Below, one piece after another: positions 1 through 11,700 of a DNA stretch of 64,000 nt. Positions within the stretch are counted from its first letter, which is position 1; each line of letters opens with the position of its first letter. Origin of the DNA: Patescibacteria group bacterium (GTDB taxonomy: Bacteria; Patescibacteriota; Dojkabacteria; GCA-002793355); the NCBI GenBank assembly GCA_016860985.1, contig BOKM01000001.1:317716-381715 (forward strand). The letters are read 5' to 3'. The notes beneath the pieces are model-generated. The model did not search any database. It was not told the DNA's origin and saw only the letters and a list, made by a program, of their open reading frames with translations. The translations under genes were made by a program, and so were the position numbers.

Positions 1-484
1 AATACGCTTGCGCTTTTGAAAGCGATGCTTGATTCTTCTCTAGAACTTGCAACACAGGATGATTAGCCGAAATGCCAACACCGATCATTACATCATAGGT
101 TTTACCATGAGTCACTGTTTTCATGTGCGTCATGTCCAGAGTTTCTTTGACTGGGACTACGGTTATCTGTAAATTTCCCTCAACAATGTCGTATGACACA
201 TCACCGATAGTTTCGCTTTTGTGAGTAATTGGAACCGAGATAACCTGACGCAGTTGCTCCAAAGAAACAACCATATCAGTTGGATACACTTCATCAACAC
301 GTTTTGGCCATCCTAGTACTTCTTGTGACACTAGTACCGTAATATCTTTGCCTTGCTTTTTTAGCAGAGAAACGACTGAAGGGACCCATAGTGCCAGTGG
401 CAACGGAAGATACTCGTGCATCAAAAACAGCACCTGTTTTGACTCTTTTAGTGTTTTGGCTACCTGTTTTGACAGTTCGAGCAT
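1..484 (-). CDS. DHH/NrnA-like protein, degenerate; runs off the window start (not in the supplied ORF track)
   Basis: Open frame from ATG at 484: MLELSKQVAKTLKESKQVLFLMH...LLKKQGKDITVLV...VISVPITHKSETIGDVSYDIVEGNLQITVVP...YDVMIGVG. Resembles the CPR DHH-like protein usually found downstream of infB; TATAAT lies 5 nt upstream. Confidence 0.55.
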   Translation of the reverse strand, partial: MLELSKQVAKTLKESKQVLFLMHEYLPLPLALWVPSVVSLLKKQGKDITVLVSQEVLGWPKRVDEVYPTDMVVSLEQLRQVISVPITHKSETIGDVSYDIVEGNLQITVVPVKETLDMTHMKTVTHGKTYDVMIGVGISANHPVLQVLEKNQASLSKAQAY

Positions 485-514
485 GCCGTATTATAGGACA
501 AATTGAGACAAAAA

Positions 515-1726
515 TCAAACCAGTTGTTCTATTCTCTTTGCCAACATCCCCCTGAATTCAAGGTAAGTCATCGTCACACCGTTATGGGTAAACTCAGCGC
601 CATCTCTAAAAAGAAATTTTGAATACATCTCTGGATTATAGTTCATCGTAGTAAAAAACTTATTCCAAAACTCTCTCCCATAAGTTTTAACCATCTGTTC
701 GGCGGCATAATACCCCAGTACAGACATTTCTCCGTAATTTTGAGGCTCGTTTTTACTCATTTTACTCGCATTACTCTCCAAGAGCACCTCTACAACACGT
801 TCCATACCAACCTCTTCCGCCCACTGTTTCATAAGTTTTAATACTTTTGGTTGAAATACTCGAGCATCGTAGCTCTCCCCCACTTCACCGACTGCAATAT
901 GCGCATCACCTTCAACGAAAAATAAATTACTCTGTTTTTCTGTGCTTTTATCATGGAATACATGTGCAAACTCATGTGCGAGCACTTTAGGTTTCAGTGA
1001 CTCATATATACAAACGACATTTGCACTATAGTGCTCGTGCTCAGTGCCAAACAACGAATTATCGTGAGGCGACACTGTGCGCATCGCGTATGAAGGATGC
1101 AAACCCTGGAACACAACGATTGGTTTATTTGGGTCTTTAGTTAATTGCTTTCTCTCTAAAGAAACCTTTCCATAAACTTCTGCAACTGTTTCTGGAGAAA
1201 GAAATCTTTCTTGCGTTACATATCCTAACCTCTTTCGTTGCTCTGGAGTAAATTCCATTGCCACAATTTCACCAATACGCTCAAAATCATTCTTTTTATG
1301 ATTACCAAACAACAGATCTCCTGTAGCATTAGCTCCCCTAGGAGCGCAAGTACAGAGCAATATATCTCTTTCTTTTGTTGGAACCCTTTGCACATAAAGT
1401 TTATAATGTCTATACAGTTCTTCTGGCGTTTTCTTAGTTGATCCAAACAACGCTGCAACTGCACCTTGAGCGTCCTCAATAGTTGCAGGAGGTATGACAT
1501 CAATTCTTCCTTGCCGACTTATACCAAGCTCAAGAATGGAGTTTAATAATCGGTTTGCTCCTTTGAAAGCTGCAAGTTCAATCTTTTCTGGAATTGTCGG
1601 GCGTGTGCGTGTTTCTAGGTTATAAATTGTATGACGAAATTGCTCTGATAATGTTGCGAGGCTTAAAGAAAGATCAGCATTCTTGTGCGCTATTGTAACT
1701 GGTATACCTTCTTGCTCAAATGGCAT
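515..1726 (-). CDS. orphan zinc metallopeptidase-like protein (gluzincin/MA clan)
   Basis: LAHEFAH (HExxH) followed about 17 aa later by FVEGDA (third ligand); own TATAAT 5 nt before ATG. Confidence 0.6.
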   Translation of the reverse strand: MPFEQEGIPVTIAHKNADLSLSLATLSEQFRHTIYNLETRTRPTIPEKIELAAFKGANRLLNSILELGISRQGRIDVIPPATIEDAQGAVAALFGSTKKTPEELYRHYKLYVQRVPTKERDILLCTCAPRGANATGDLLFGNHKKNDFERIGEIVAMEFTPEQRKRLGYVTQERFLSPETVAEVYGKVSLERKQLTKDPNKPIVVFQGLHPSYAMRTVSPHDNSLFGTEHEHYSANVVCIYESLKPKVLAHEFAHVFHDKSTEKQSNLFFVEGDAHIAVGEVGESYDARVFQPKVLKLMKQWAEEVGMERVVEVLLESNASKMSKNEPQNYGEMSVLGYYAAEQMVKTYGREFWNKFFTTMNYNPEMYSKFLFRDGAEFTHNGVTMTYLEFRGMLAKRIEQLV

Positions 1727-1750
1727 AAACGATTATAGCGCACGGTGTTG

Positions 1751-3289
1751 CTACTTTGCGATAAAGGTGACAATGTCCTCTTCTTTCAACTCTGCACCCT
1801 TACCAATATTGATTCCACACTCGGAACCCTTTTTAACAATATTCTTCTCGTCTTTAAGAATTTTTAGTGACTGGATTGGAAATTCTCCAATTACTTCGCC
1901 ATCTCTAGTAAATCGTGCGATTGAGCTTCTTCGTGCCTCACCATCTGTAATCACCGTACCTGCAACAACCTCTCCATCGGAGAGTACAAATACTTTTTTG
2001 ATTTTTCCAGTTCCTAACACAACCTCTTCTACTTCGCCACCACCAGAAAGTTTCTTAATGTAATTCTGAATCAAATCATAAAGGTGGTACACAATATCAA
2101 AAGTTGAGACGGTCACACCCTGCTGCTTTGCATATTCAACAACGTCGTTTGGTGCCTTAACTCGAAAGCCGATTAATAATGCCTTAAAAGTTTTTGCACT
2201 TTCAACATCATTGATTGATAACGCACCAACACCGCTTGAGATAACTTTAACCAATACTTTTTCGTTATTGAATTTCTCGAACGTAGGGAGAATTGAATAA
2301 AGTGAAGCATTTACATCTGTTTTAAGTACAACCGGAATCACAAATTCATGCGCATCGCCGAACAAGTCATCCATAAGCTCTTGTGAACTCTTCTTTTCTG
2401 AGGTTTGAACTATCGTGAACTTCTTTTCGACTGTTGCAACGACCTCTGGGGAATCCATATCTACGATATCAACTCCGGTCATTGGCAATTCGTTTAAGCT
2501 GGTTACTATAAATGCCATTCCTGGTGTTACTTCGTTAATTGGCTTTTTGTTTGAGTCAAAGAGTAAACCAACACGCTCTTTTGTTGGACCAAAAAGTAAC
2601 TGGTCACCTTTTTTAATGGTACCCATTCGTAATACACAAAAGGCTTGCTTACCAAGCGCCTTATCTACAGAACTATCCAATACAACACCGTGAACCTTTA
2701 CTGCCGAACTTGCCTCTCCAAATGCCTCAATTAACTTTACGCGTTCATGATCTTCGTCGAGCAATTTTTCGACATCTGCGTAAAGATATACAAGATCAAG
2801 GAGAGTGTCGAGCCCAACTTTGGTTACGGCAGATACCTCAACAAACGGAACATCACCGCCAAAACCTTCCAGGTACACACCTCTGGTCATAAGCTCAGTT
2901 TTCACCTTTTCTGGATTTGCATCTTCTTTGTCACATTTCGTAATAACCACAATATATTTCATGTGGTTTGATTGGATGATATCGATAGATTCTAGTGTTT
3001 GAGGTTTTACGCCCTCGTCTGCTGCAACGATAAGAAAAGCAATATCGGCGACCTTTCCACCATTCACACGCATCAAACTAAAAACTTCGTGCCCTGGGGT
3101 ATCGACAAAGGTAATTGTATCTTGCTTCCATTGAACGTTGGAGATGTAGATATTCTGTGTAATCCCACCTGGTTCACCCTTTTGCACCGTCGTGTTTCGA
3201 ATTGCATCAAGCAAGGAGGTCTTTCCATGGTCAACATGGCCCAACACAACAACGATTGGGTTTCTTGGTAATTTTTGTGTTTCTGCCAT
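1751..3289 (-). CDS. infB: translation initiation factor IF-2, short form without N-terminal domain
   Basis: GHVDHGKT, GGITQ, DTPGH, TKCD, C-terminal GSECGI; likely start ATG 3289 (MAETQK). Confidence 0.97.
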   Translation of the reverse strand: MAETQKLPRNPIVVVLGHVDHGKTSLLDAIRNTTVQKGEPGGITQNIYISNVQWKQDTITFVDTPGHEVFSLMRVNGGKVADIAFLIVAADEGVKPQTLESIDIIQSNHMKYIVVITKCDKEDANPEKVKTELMTRGVYLEGFGGDVPFVEVSAVTKVGLDTLLDLVYLYADVEKLLDEDHERVKLIEAFGEASSAVKVHGVVLDSSVDKALGKQAFCVLRMGTIKKGDQLLFGPTKERVGLLFDSNKKPINEVTPGMAFIVTSLNELPMTGVDIVDMDSPEVVATVEKKFTIVQTSEKKSSQELMDDLFGDAHEFVIPVVLKTDVNASLYSILPTFEKFNNEKVLVKVISSGVGALSINDVESAKTFKALLIGFRVKAPNDVVEYAKQQGVTVSTFDIVYHLYDLIQNYIKKLSGGGEVEEVVLGTGKIKKVFVLSDGEVVAGTVITDGEARRSSIARFTRDGEVIGEFPIQSLKILKDEKNIVKKGSECGINIGKGAELKEEDIVTFIAK

Positions 3290-3309
3290 GGTATCCTTGA
3301 TTCGCAAAT

Positions 3310-4473
3310 TTATTTCTTTACTGCCTTTTTAACTGCAGCTTTTTTAACTGTAGTTTTTTTTACTGTAGCCTTTTTAGCTACAACTTTTTTTTCTGCTTTA
3401 ACTTCTTTTTCTTTCGCAGGTTTTAATTCTGCTTTTTCTTTAGGTTCTTCGCCTTCTTGCACAACACTAATTTCGACACCCGTAAGAAGTGATGCAAGTC
3501 TGACGTTTGTACCCTCTCGGCCGATTGCCAACGAGAGCTGATCTTCTGGCACAACAACTACTGCTGAACTTCGAGCATGGTTGTATAAGACTTTTAAGAC
3601 AGATGCTGGAGACAATGCATTCTTAATATATTCGATGATATCCAAATCCCATTTTACGATGTCAACTTTTTCTTCGCCTAATTCATTCATAATTGCGTTG
3701 ATTCGCATTCCTCTTTGTCCAATACAGGCACCTTGTGGATCAAGCCCATCTTGATTTGAGGATACTGCAACCTTTGAGCGCATTCCTGCAAATCGAGCAA
3801 TGCCCTTAATCTCTACTTGATCGTTGGAGATTTCTGGAACTTCCATTGCAAAGAGTGCTTTTACAAAGCCCTCGTCGCTTCGTGAAAGAATGACGTGTCT
3901 GTTATTTTCTTCGTTAATCAACTCCTTAACAAGGAAGCGGTATCTTTTACCAATTTCATAAAACTCTGCCTTGATTTGTTCGTTCTCTGGCATTTCACCA
4001 ACACCCTTTTCAAGTTCGACGAGTACTAAACCAGCTCGAACACCTTGGATTTTGCCGGTAACAATTTCGCCAAGTCTTTGTGAGTAGAACTCTACAACTG
4101 CCTCTCGTTCTGCGTCTCGAATTTTACCCATAACTGTGTATTTAGCTGCCTGAGCTGCAATTCTTCCGAGAGACCCCACAGGAATTTCGATTTCAAGTTC
4201 GTCGCCGACTTTGACTTCTTTTGAGAACTTCTTCGCGTCTGCAAGGGACAATTCATTTTTGTCATCCGAAACGGTTTTAACGACTTCTTTAACGATATAC
4301 ATGTGAAAAGCACCTGTTAATCGGTCAATTTCTACTTTAACTTTTGTTTCCTCTCCGTTTTCTTTTTTATAAGCATCGGCAACTGCGGTTTGTAAGGCGG
4401 TAAAAACGATATCTGGATTCACTCCGTGTTCAGCGCAAATTTGATTGACGGCAGAAATGAGTTCATTTCCCAT
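3310..4473 (-). CDS. nusA: transcription termination/antitermination factor NusA
   Basis: GRIAAQAAK, S1 and KH domains (GACIGQRGMRI, SLAIGREGTNVRLAS); Lys-rich tail. Confidence 0.97.
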   Translation of the reverse strand: MGNELISAVNQICAEHGVNPDIVFTALQTAVADAYKKENGEETKVKVEIDRLTGAFHMYIVKEVVKTVSDDKNELSLADAKKFSKEVKVGDELEIEIPVGSLGRIAAQAAKYTVMGKIRDAEREAVVEFYSQRLGEIVTGKIQGVRAGLVLVELEKGVGEMPENEQIKAEFYEIGKRYRFLVKELINEENNRHVILSRSDEGFVKALFAMEVPEISNDQVEIKGIARFAGMRSKVAVSSNQDGLDPQGACIGQRGMRINAIMNELGEEKVDIVKWDLDIIEYIKNALSPASVLKVLYNHARSSAVVVVPEDQLSLAIGREGTNVRLASLLTGVEISVVQEGEEPKEKAELKPAKEKEVKAEKKVVAKKATVKKTTVKKAAVKKAVKK

Positions 4474-4537
4474 GAGGTAATGGCGTGATGTTAGTTACTG
4501 TGGAATTATATCACAATAGTGTGCTGTAACTAAAAAG

Positions 4538-4948
4538 TTACCCCTTTCTCCTGTCTTCGGGAACGATCTCGCTCAAACCAGAGTTTTTGTTCATTTCTCG
4601 CGCGACTTGATGCAGGAATACATGAACATCGTTATCAAGTGCTACTTTTCTATCTGCTTCGAGGCTTCTTGCTGCTTCAACCATATTTAATCCGAGCTCC
4701 CTGCCGTGAAGGGCGGAGCAAATATCGCAGAGCACCGTTTTCCAAACTGCCGGCCTCCCTCTTCGTTCTTCCGACGACTTGTTTTCTAGATCATTAACAA
4801 CAAACTCTAGTGCCTTGCGCGCATCTTGTTCTTCTAGGTATGCAACAGCAGCGTTGTAAAAGTTATCCTTACCAGTAAAATTTGCCGGTGCTCTTTTCGT
4901 CATCAAATTGTAAACAACATCAAGTGTTTGTGATACAGAACCGGCCAT
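4538..4948 (-). CDS. hypothetical protein (orphan, helical)
   Basis: 136-aa ORF, co-oriented with neighbours, TATTAT 5 nt upstream of ATG. Confidence 0.6.
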   Translation of the reverse strand: MAGSVSQTLDVVYNLMTKRAPANFTGKDNFYNAAVAYLEEQDARKALEFVVNDLENKSSEERRGRPAVWKTVLCDICSALHGRELGLNMVEAARSLEADRKVALDNDVHVFLHQVAREMNKNSGLSEIVPEDRRKG

Positions 4949-4968
4949 TGATTATAATACGACAAAAA

Positions 4969-5385
4969 TTATTCAACTTCTACTCCGCGGTACTTTTTTC
5001 TTGCTTCGATAATCCCTCTGTCAGCTGCACCCCCAAGCAATCCCCCAAAGGTTTCGATATGATCTTCTGTTTGGATTTCAAATGCTGGGTTTGGTTCTTC
5101 TGCATATTTTTTCCACATTGTTTTTGCTCCGAGTAAGAACGACTCTCTTAACGAAAGTCTTGCTCTCTCGTCTTCTGAAAGCCGTAGCGCTGTCAAAAAA
5201 GCCTCTCTCTGATAAAGTTCCTTTAGTTCGTTTGCTGCCTCGGTAAAATCATGAGCCTGAAGAGCCATTACCGCAGAAGCAGCCATTGCACCAGAAAAGG
5301 CAATGTAGTGTGTTGCTCCATGAGCTATTCCATCTCTGAGTGCCTGAATCGAAAGTTCTATTGAGTCCCTATTGTACGTCGCCAC
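4969..5385 (-). CDS. hypothetical protein (orphan)
   Basis: 138-aa ORF with GTG start, 12 nt downstream of dnaJ. Confidence 0.55.
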   Translation of the reverse strand: MATYNRDSIELSIQALRDGIAHGATHYIAFSGAMAASAVMALQAHDFTEAANELKELYQREAFLTALRLSEDERARLSLRESFLLGAKTMWKKYAEEPNPAFEIQTEDHIETFGGLLGGAADRGIIEARKKYRGVEVE

Positions 5386-5397
5386 CTCAATACCTGT

Positions 5398-6525
5398 TTA
5401 TTTAATATCGCTCGCAAGCGCCTCCCATGATTTTCTTTCTTCTTTGGACACCTTTTTTGGTATCACAATCTTGACTGCCAACTTTATATCTCCTTTTGTA
5501 GAGGAACCTAGTTTATAAGCTCCCATCCCTTTAGCAGTAAGGGTATCCCCCGGTTGAGTTCCTGCCGGAATCTTTAAATCATATTCTCCGTATGGTGTTT
5601 TAAGTGTAACAATTCCACCGAGTACTGCCTTAGCAGGATGCAGCTCTAGTTCGCTAAAAAGCGTTTCTTTATCTCTTCGATACTGCAAAAACTGCGACAC
5701 ATTTAACGTCATATATAAATCACCTGCTGGTCCGTTATGACGACCGACATTGCCTCCACCTCTGAATTTGAGTGTTAGTCCATCGTATGAACCTTGTGGG
5801 ATTTTAACATCGAGATGAACTTTTTCTGCGACTCTTCCAGTCGTTTTACACTGCGTGCAGGGATCGGAAATAGTTCGCCCTGTGCCTTGACATGTAGGAC
5901 AAGGAGATTGATACATAAAGTTTCCAAGTAGGGTTGCCTGCTGATATTGCACCATGCCAGACCCACCACATTTTACACAGCTAGTTGTCTTCTGCGACAA
6001 ACTGCCGCTCCCTTTACAAGACTTACACGTTCCGTAACGCTCATATTCAACGGTTACTTCACCACCCTTGTTGGCTGTATCAAATTGTATTTTTATTGTT
6101 ACTTCGCGGTCTTCTCCCTGTTCAGCTTCAACTGACTTTCGAGTGTTGCGCCTTGAAGCACCACCCATGCCTGCTCCAAAAAAATCACCGAACACACTAC
6201 CAAAAAGGTTTGACATATCGCCCATATCAAAAACCTGCGAATACTGAGACCAATCTCCACCCATGGGACTTCCGCCTTGAGTCCCTCCAAAGCCGCCTTT
6301 TACGCCGGCTTCTCCGTACTGGTCGTACATCTGGCGTTTTTGCGTATCCGACAAAATTTCGTATGCCTCACCTACTTCCTTAAATCTCTCTTCCGCATCC
6401 TTTTCTTTGTTGCGATCCGGATGATATTTAGCTGCGAGTTTTCGGTAGGCACGTTTAATTTCATCTTGGGTTGCGTTTTTTTCGACACCCAATACCTCAT
6501 AATAGCTTTTTCCTGATTTTGACAT
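5398..6525 (-). CDS. dnaJ: chaperone DnaJ
   Basis: J domain with HPD, G/F-rich region, four CxxCxGxG-type zinc repeats. Confidence 0.97.
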   Translation of the reverse strand: MSKSGKSYYEVLGVEKNATQDEIKRAYRKLAAKYHPDRNKEKDAEERFKEVGEAYEILSDTQKRQMYDQYGEAGVKGGFGGTQGGSPMGGDWSQYSQVFDMGDMSNLFGSVFGDFFGAGMGGASRRNTRKSVEAEQGEDREVTIKIQFDTANKGGEVTVEYERYGTCKSCKGSGSLSQKTTSCVKCGGSGMVQYQQATLLGNFMYQSPCPTCQGTGRTISDPCTQCKTTGRVAEKVHLDVKIPQGSYDGLTLKFRGGGNVGRHNGPAGDLYMTLNVSQFLQYRRDKETLFSELELHPAKAVLGGIVTLKTPYGEYDLKIPAGTQPGDTLTAKGMGAYKLGSSTKGDIKLAVKIVIPKKVSKEERKSWEALASDIK

Positions 6526-6552
6526 AGTTTCTTCCTTTCTTTATACTAGACA

Positions 6553-7356
6553 ATGCTCCCGATTCTACCAAAAATCGACACCTCACTACAAGAAACAGTA
6601 CCGCAACTGCCCAAACGACGTGTAAAAGCTCCACAAAAGCAGAAAAAGAGCACCGAATCTTCGACAAAGACTATCGCTCCATTTCTTCCAAAATTGTTTT
6701 TAATTATTGGGGTTGTACTTATATTTTCGCAAATCATCCCACTCGCCTTATCGGTTTACAATGGTTATTCACTTTCAGCAAACAGCTCAACCTTTCTACC
6801 TGTTTCGGAATCTTTCATACAAAAATTAACCAATGTTACTTATATTGATCCCGGAGCTGCGTGGTTTGAAGCAGTAGTCGCACAAAATCATGCGCCTCAG
6901 ATAGACCTCAACTACAGCAAGACTATGAAAATTTCGATTGACAACGCGAACATCTCACGTGTAAACCTTGCAGCGAATATCCCCGGTAATAACCCCGCTA
7001 TTTATGACGAAGCGTTAAAGCATGGTGTTGCTCACTTGAAAGGTACCTCTGTACCCGGTGACCCTGGATTAAGCGTGATTTATGGGCACAGTGGTGTAGC
7101 AGGTTTTTTTACTGGTAGAGGCAGCCCCCAGATAATTTTTTCTCGCCTTGATACCGTATCCATTGGTGATACAATGTCCATAGATAGGGACGGCAAAGAA
7201 CTACGTTACGTCGTTTCAGGAAAGAAAATTGTCGAGCCCCAGGACCTGACATTTATGAGCGAGCAAACAGATAAGGAGCGAGCGATTCTCCTCACTTGTT
7301 GGCCACTCGGTATCGGGACTAAAAGATTAATTATTATTGCTGATCGACTACAATGA
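6553..7356 (+). CDS. sortase (class D/E-like)
   Basis: N-terminal TM; GVAHLKGTSVPG, YGHS (His), LLTCWPLG (Cys), KRL (Arg). Confidence 0.9.
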   Translation: MLPILPKIDTSLQETVPQLPKRRVKAPQKQKKSTESSTKTIAPFLPKLFLIIGVVLIFSQIIPLALSVYNGYSLSANSSTFLPVSESFIQKLTNVTYIDPGAAWFEAVVAQNHAPQIDLNYSKTMKISIDNANISRVNLAANIPGNNPAIYDEALKHGVAHLKGTSVPGDPGLSVIYGHSGVAGFFTGRGSPQIIFSRLDTVSIGDTMSIDRDGKELRYVVSGKKIVEPQDLTFMSEQTDKERAILLTCWPLGIGTKRLIIIADRLQ

Positions 7357-8720
7357 ATAAAAAAGGACCAGTTATCGCATTATTATTTATAGGTATTGTT
7401 GGCATCGTTGTTGTAATTGCCATTTTGGTATCACGAGTACTCAATAACGGGGGAAATAATAATACAGGAACTATTGAACTCAACTACATGGGCTTGTGGG
7501 ATGTTCCAGAAGTTTATGAACCACTCATCCAAGAATATCAAGAAAAACACCCTAATATAAAGATTACCTATACAAAGGCAAGCTTTATCAATCAAAACAA
7601 TTTTTCTTATAAAGGTGTTTACCAAACCAATGCAGAAGAAAGAATAACTAGTGGTGCCGTCGATATTGTCCGTGTTCATCAAACATGGATTCCAAAATTA
7701 CTTCCACAGCTTTACGCCGCACCTTCAGACGTTATGACAGGGACTCAAGCAAAAGAGCTTTACTACCCAGCTGTCTACGAAGCAATAACGACCTCTAACA
7801 ACCTTGTTTACGGCGCGCCACAAATTGTTGACGGTCTTGTGCTCATTTACAACAAAGAATTATTTACGCAAGCACAACTTGACCCAAGAATATCAACAAA
7901 AGACTGGGATGTTACACTTCAAACTGCAAAAAAACTTACAAAGCGAAATGCAAACGGAACAATTGCGGTGGCAGGTATTAACATGGGGAGTGTTTCCAAT
8001 GTAAGAAGCTCACCAGAAATTCTCTTAACAATGCTCACCCAATCTGCAATTCCTGTAGTGAATGTCGATGCAGGAACAGGAAAAATTCAAGCAGATTTTG
8101 CAAGCCCAGAAGGAGCTGCAGCGATTAACCGCTTCTTTGAATTTGCTAATCAGAAGAATGATAAGAAAGAAGATATTGGTGCGTGGTCATCTCGAATGGA
8201 AGATGATTTACAAGCGTTTGCAAACGGCCGACTTGCCATGCTTATTGCCCCAAGCTGGAGAGTAATCGATCTTGTAGGAATGAACTCTGCATTACAGTTT
8301 GATACATTACCACTTCCTGTTCTTCCTGGAGCAAACCCCAATGTTCCGCAATACCTCTCTTCCTTCTGGATAGATGTTGTTTCTAAAAAATCAAAAAATC
8401 CAAAGGAAGCATGGGCTTTTCTTAAGTGGCTCGGTGAACCAGAACAACTTAGACGAGTCTACAAAGTGCAGACAGAAAAGCGACTCATTGGGAACCCCTA
8501 TCCTCGAAAAGACATGGCAACAGAACAAGCAAGTGCACCTTACATTAGCGCTGTATTAGAAATGGCGCCAAAGATGAAAAGTTGGCCCTTATATGACTAC
8601 GGTGTATGGGAAGAAACCTTTCGAAAAGGCTTGCTGGAATTTGAAGACCGTGGCGGTATTACAGAAGCAGATTTAAAGAAAATACAGGATCAGATAAACA
8701 ATTTAACTTTGAAACGCTAG
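7353..8720 (+). CDS. extracellular solute-binding protein family 1 (sugar type), membrane anchored
   Basis: N-terminal TM, YQEKHPNIKI, LIYNKELF, AFANGRLAM, AWAFLKWL; ATGA overlap with sortase. Confidence 0.85.
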   Translation: MNKKGPVIALLFIGIVGIVVVIAILVSRVLNNGGNNNTGTIELNYMGLWDVPEVYEPLIQEYQEKHPNIKITYTKASFINQNNFSYKGVYQTNAEERITSGAVDIVRVHQTWIPKLLPQLYAAPSDVMTGTQAKELYYPAVYEAITTSNNLVYGAPQIVDGLVLIYNKELFTQAQLDPRISTKDWDVTLQTAKKLTKRNANGTIAVAGINMGSVSNVRSSPEILLTMLTQSAIPVVNVDAGTGKIQADFASPEGAAAINRFFEFANQKNDKKEDIGAWSSRMEDDLQAFANGRLAMLIAPSWRVIDLVGMNSALQFDTLPLPVLPGANPNVPQYLSSFWIDVVSKKSKNPKEAWAFLKWLGEPEQLRRVYKVQTEKRLIGNPYPRKDMATEQASAPYISAVLEMAPKMKSWPLYDYGVWEETFRKGLLEFEDRGGITEADLKKIQDQINNLTLKR

Positions 8721-8723
8721 CCC

Positions 8724-11700
8724 GTGAGAAAAGAAAGAACAAGACAGTGGTTAACACTCTTCTCCTTATTTATGTTATTGGTACTGCCAACTGCGATTGT
8801 CGGTTTCAATAATTTCTCAACCTTTGTTAATCGTGCCTTTGCAAAGCCTTTCCAGAAACAAGAGGCAACCTTTTTAGTGCAATCAGAGAGTTCTGCTGGT
8901 ATTGCAACAGGCTCAAAATTCTCCTTAAAGCTTACAGCAGCCACACCAAAAACACTTCCGCTTAAACATTTTGCTGCTTTTATTGAGTTTGATAAATCAA
9001 AAGTTGATATCTCTTCGGTTCAACTTCAAAATACAAAACTACTTAAAGTAGTTGCCTACCAAAATGGCTATCTTGTGCTTCCAGTAAATGCTGCTGTACC
9101 CACAAACTTTAGAGAGCTTTACCCCGAGACCTGCGCAGCAAACGATTCTTGTGATTTTAGCCAGTTTTCCGCAGGAACTGTCGACCTCGTTATAAATGGA
9201 GTTCTTCTTTCCGCACTTACTGAACAACAGCGCCCAATTAAGGTTACAATGCTAGGAGCCTCAGAAACAAGTACCGTTGCAATTTGGAACGAAAAAATTA
9301 TTCTCCCTTCGCTTAATTTGGGAGAGTTTGTAAAAAACAACGCACCGAGTTTTACCTCAGAACCTCAACCGTATATTCACGAAGCAAAGCTATTTGAGTA
9401 CGATATCTCAATCGCAGACAAAGATAGTGACCCTGTCACTCTATCTCTCGAATGCCCAACAACTGCATTCTGTGACAAATTGCAAACAGCACCAGAAGGT
9501 ATCACACTCGAAGGTTCAACTCTGCGATGGGATACTCCTCTCTACGCTGAATCACCTTATACCATTACTGTTTATGCGAACGACGGAAAGAGTGTATCTA
9601 CACAAACCTTTTCTTTGAAAGTTCTCCAAACAGATACATCGTACTTCTCCTGCACGTTTACCCCAGCACTGTCGGTAAAAATCCTTGATTATAGAGTAGA
9701 AACGCCTTTAATCATATTTGCTCAAAGTTCTGCAGATTTATCGAAAGCCGTAGTAACACTTGAAAAAGATGGTGTCACAGAAAAAACCTTTACATACGAC
9801 TTTACTCCCAGCAAAAAAACAATTATTCTTGATCAATCAAGTAATCCCGCACTTACCTACAAGTTTAAAGAAGGTAACTACACTGGTACCGCTACCTTTA
9901 CCTCTACAAGTGGTGCTAACTTTACCTGCGAACTAACCAACCCAACCGTTTCCTTTACCTCTTTACTGCGCCAAGCATTTATTCACACTGTCGAAAATAT
10001 AGTAGAGGTTGTGCAAGCACAGGGGCTTACCGTTGGAACAAACACTGCGCCGACCTTTACGTCAGACCCAATGGCACCTGCAACAAGTGGAGGGTCGTCA
10101 CCATCAGTCTCTTTCGTATACGGAACGCCGTACAGTTTTACACTTAAAGCGCAAGATAGCGATGGTGACCCGTTGCAACATACAATTGTTGCAAAACCAG
10201 CATGGGCATCCGTTGCAGTTTCATCTAGCACAAGTACCACGGGGCCATCGAACTATAATATCCAATTTACTGGCACTCCGGCAGAAAAACACGCAGGCAG
10301 CAACCTTTTTTCAGTTAGTATCAATGATGGTTATGGTCACTATATTACACGCACATGGGTAATCAACGTGGATTATCCAGATAACGACATCCCGAGAGTA
10401 ACCATTATTGAACCCGTAAAAGCAGTAACGCGATATCAAGGCAGCCCTTTTCTTCTCAAGTGGGAGGTTGAAGACAGACACCAAGTAGTCTCCTTTAAGA
10501 TTCAATACACAAAGAATCTTTCTTCAGGATCAAAAACGACTTACAACAACAATGTTTCGTATAAGACACGTGGGCTAACGATTAACACCTCTTCCATGCC
10601 TCCTGGTGACTACTACTTCATTGTTTCTGCAGTTGACGGATTTTCTCCACCAGCAACAGGTGCCGGATATACAGCAATGGTTAGAATACTCCCACCTAAA
10701 CCGAAACCATCTCCAACACCAAAGCCAACCAGCACACCCTCACCAACCGCTACTCCGACGGCAACGTCAACGGTAACTGCTTCACCAACACCCACACCTA
10801 CCCCCACTGCAACAGAAGAACCAACTCCTGAACCAGACGAAATTACGATTCAAATAACAACACCAAAAAATCAAGCTCAAATTGCACCAAATGAGTTCCA
10901 AGCAGTCATAACACTCGCTGCCTCAAAAGAAGGTGAACTTCAAAAATCTGGAATAACCGTTCGATTAGATACAGAAGTTATTACTGATAAATTTACCTTT
11001 TCAGCAGAAAAAGGAAAAACCCTTACCGCGAGTTATAAACCCACAACTTTATTAGAACCGGGAATACACGAACTTATCGTTACAGCAAAAGACAGTAAAG
11101 GTAAAGAGAAAGAAGCCAAAGTCTCCTTTACTGTTCTTTCAGACACTCAACCTACAGATAATAACGTAAACTTTTTGGGGTTTGATATTCCAAAACACTT
11201 ATATACGCTCTTTGTAGCGGCGCTCATACTCATCATTATTCTTATTCTGCTTCCGCTTATACTTTACTTCGCTTTTAGAAACTCAGACAAAGAATCCCCC
11301 CCTCCAAACCGCCGATTACCCGCTGCTCCAACCGGTTCAAGTGCACCACCATCACTAAAAACTCCTGGTACTGCCTTTGCTCAACCAGTCATTACCAAAG
11401 CTAACGAAGGTCCAGCATTCCAGCCCGTAGTAATACCAAAAAATGATATTCCGACGGAAGCGCCAAAGATTACACCTCCAGAAACGTTACAAAGCTTTGT
11501 TGCACAAAGTTCAATGAACGAAGCACAACAAAAAGCAGAGGGTAATCGAGTACCACAACAAGTCGCAGGACCTACGTTTACACCTCCCCCACCGGTGCAA
11601 CCAACTAAACCTTTTGTTCCAATGGTAAAAGAACAAAGTATTAAGCCAGCGACTTCGATAAAGAATGATCCACCACCACAAATAAGACCAACTCCATTTA

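Noticed and set aside
294-518. 74-aa ORF from the track and the 12-nt direct repeat ACCTGTTTTGAC near 432-473
   Set aside because: The real gene is the overlapping frame starting at 484; the repeat simply encodes SKQV twice
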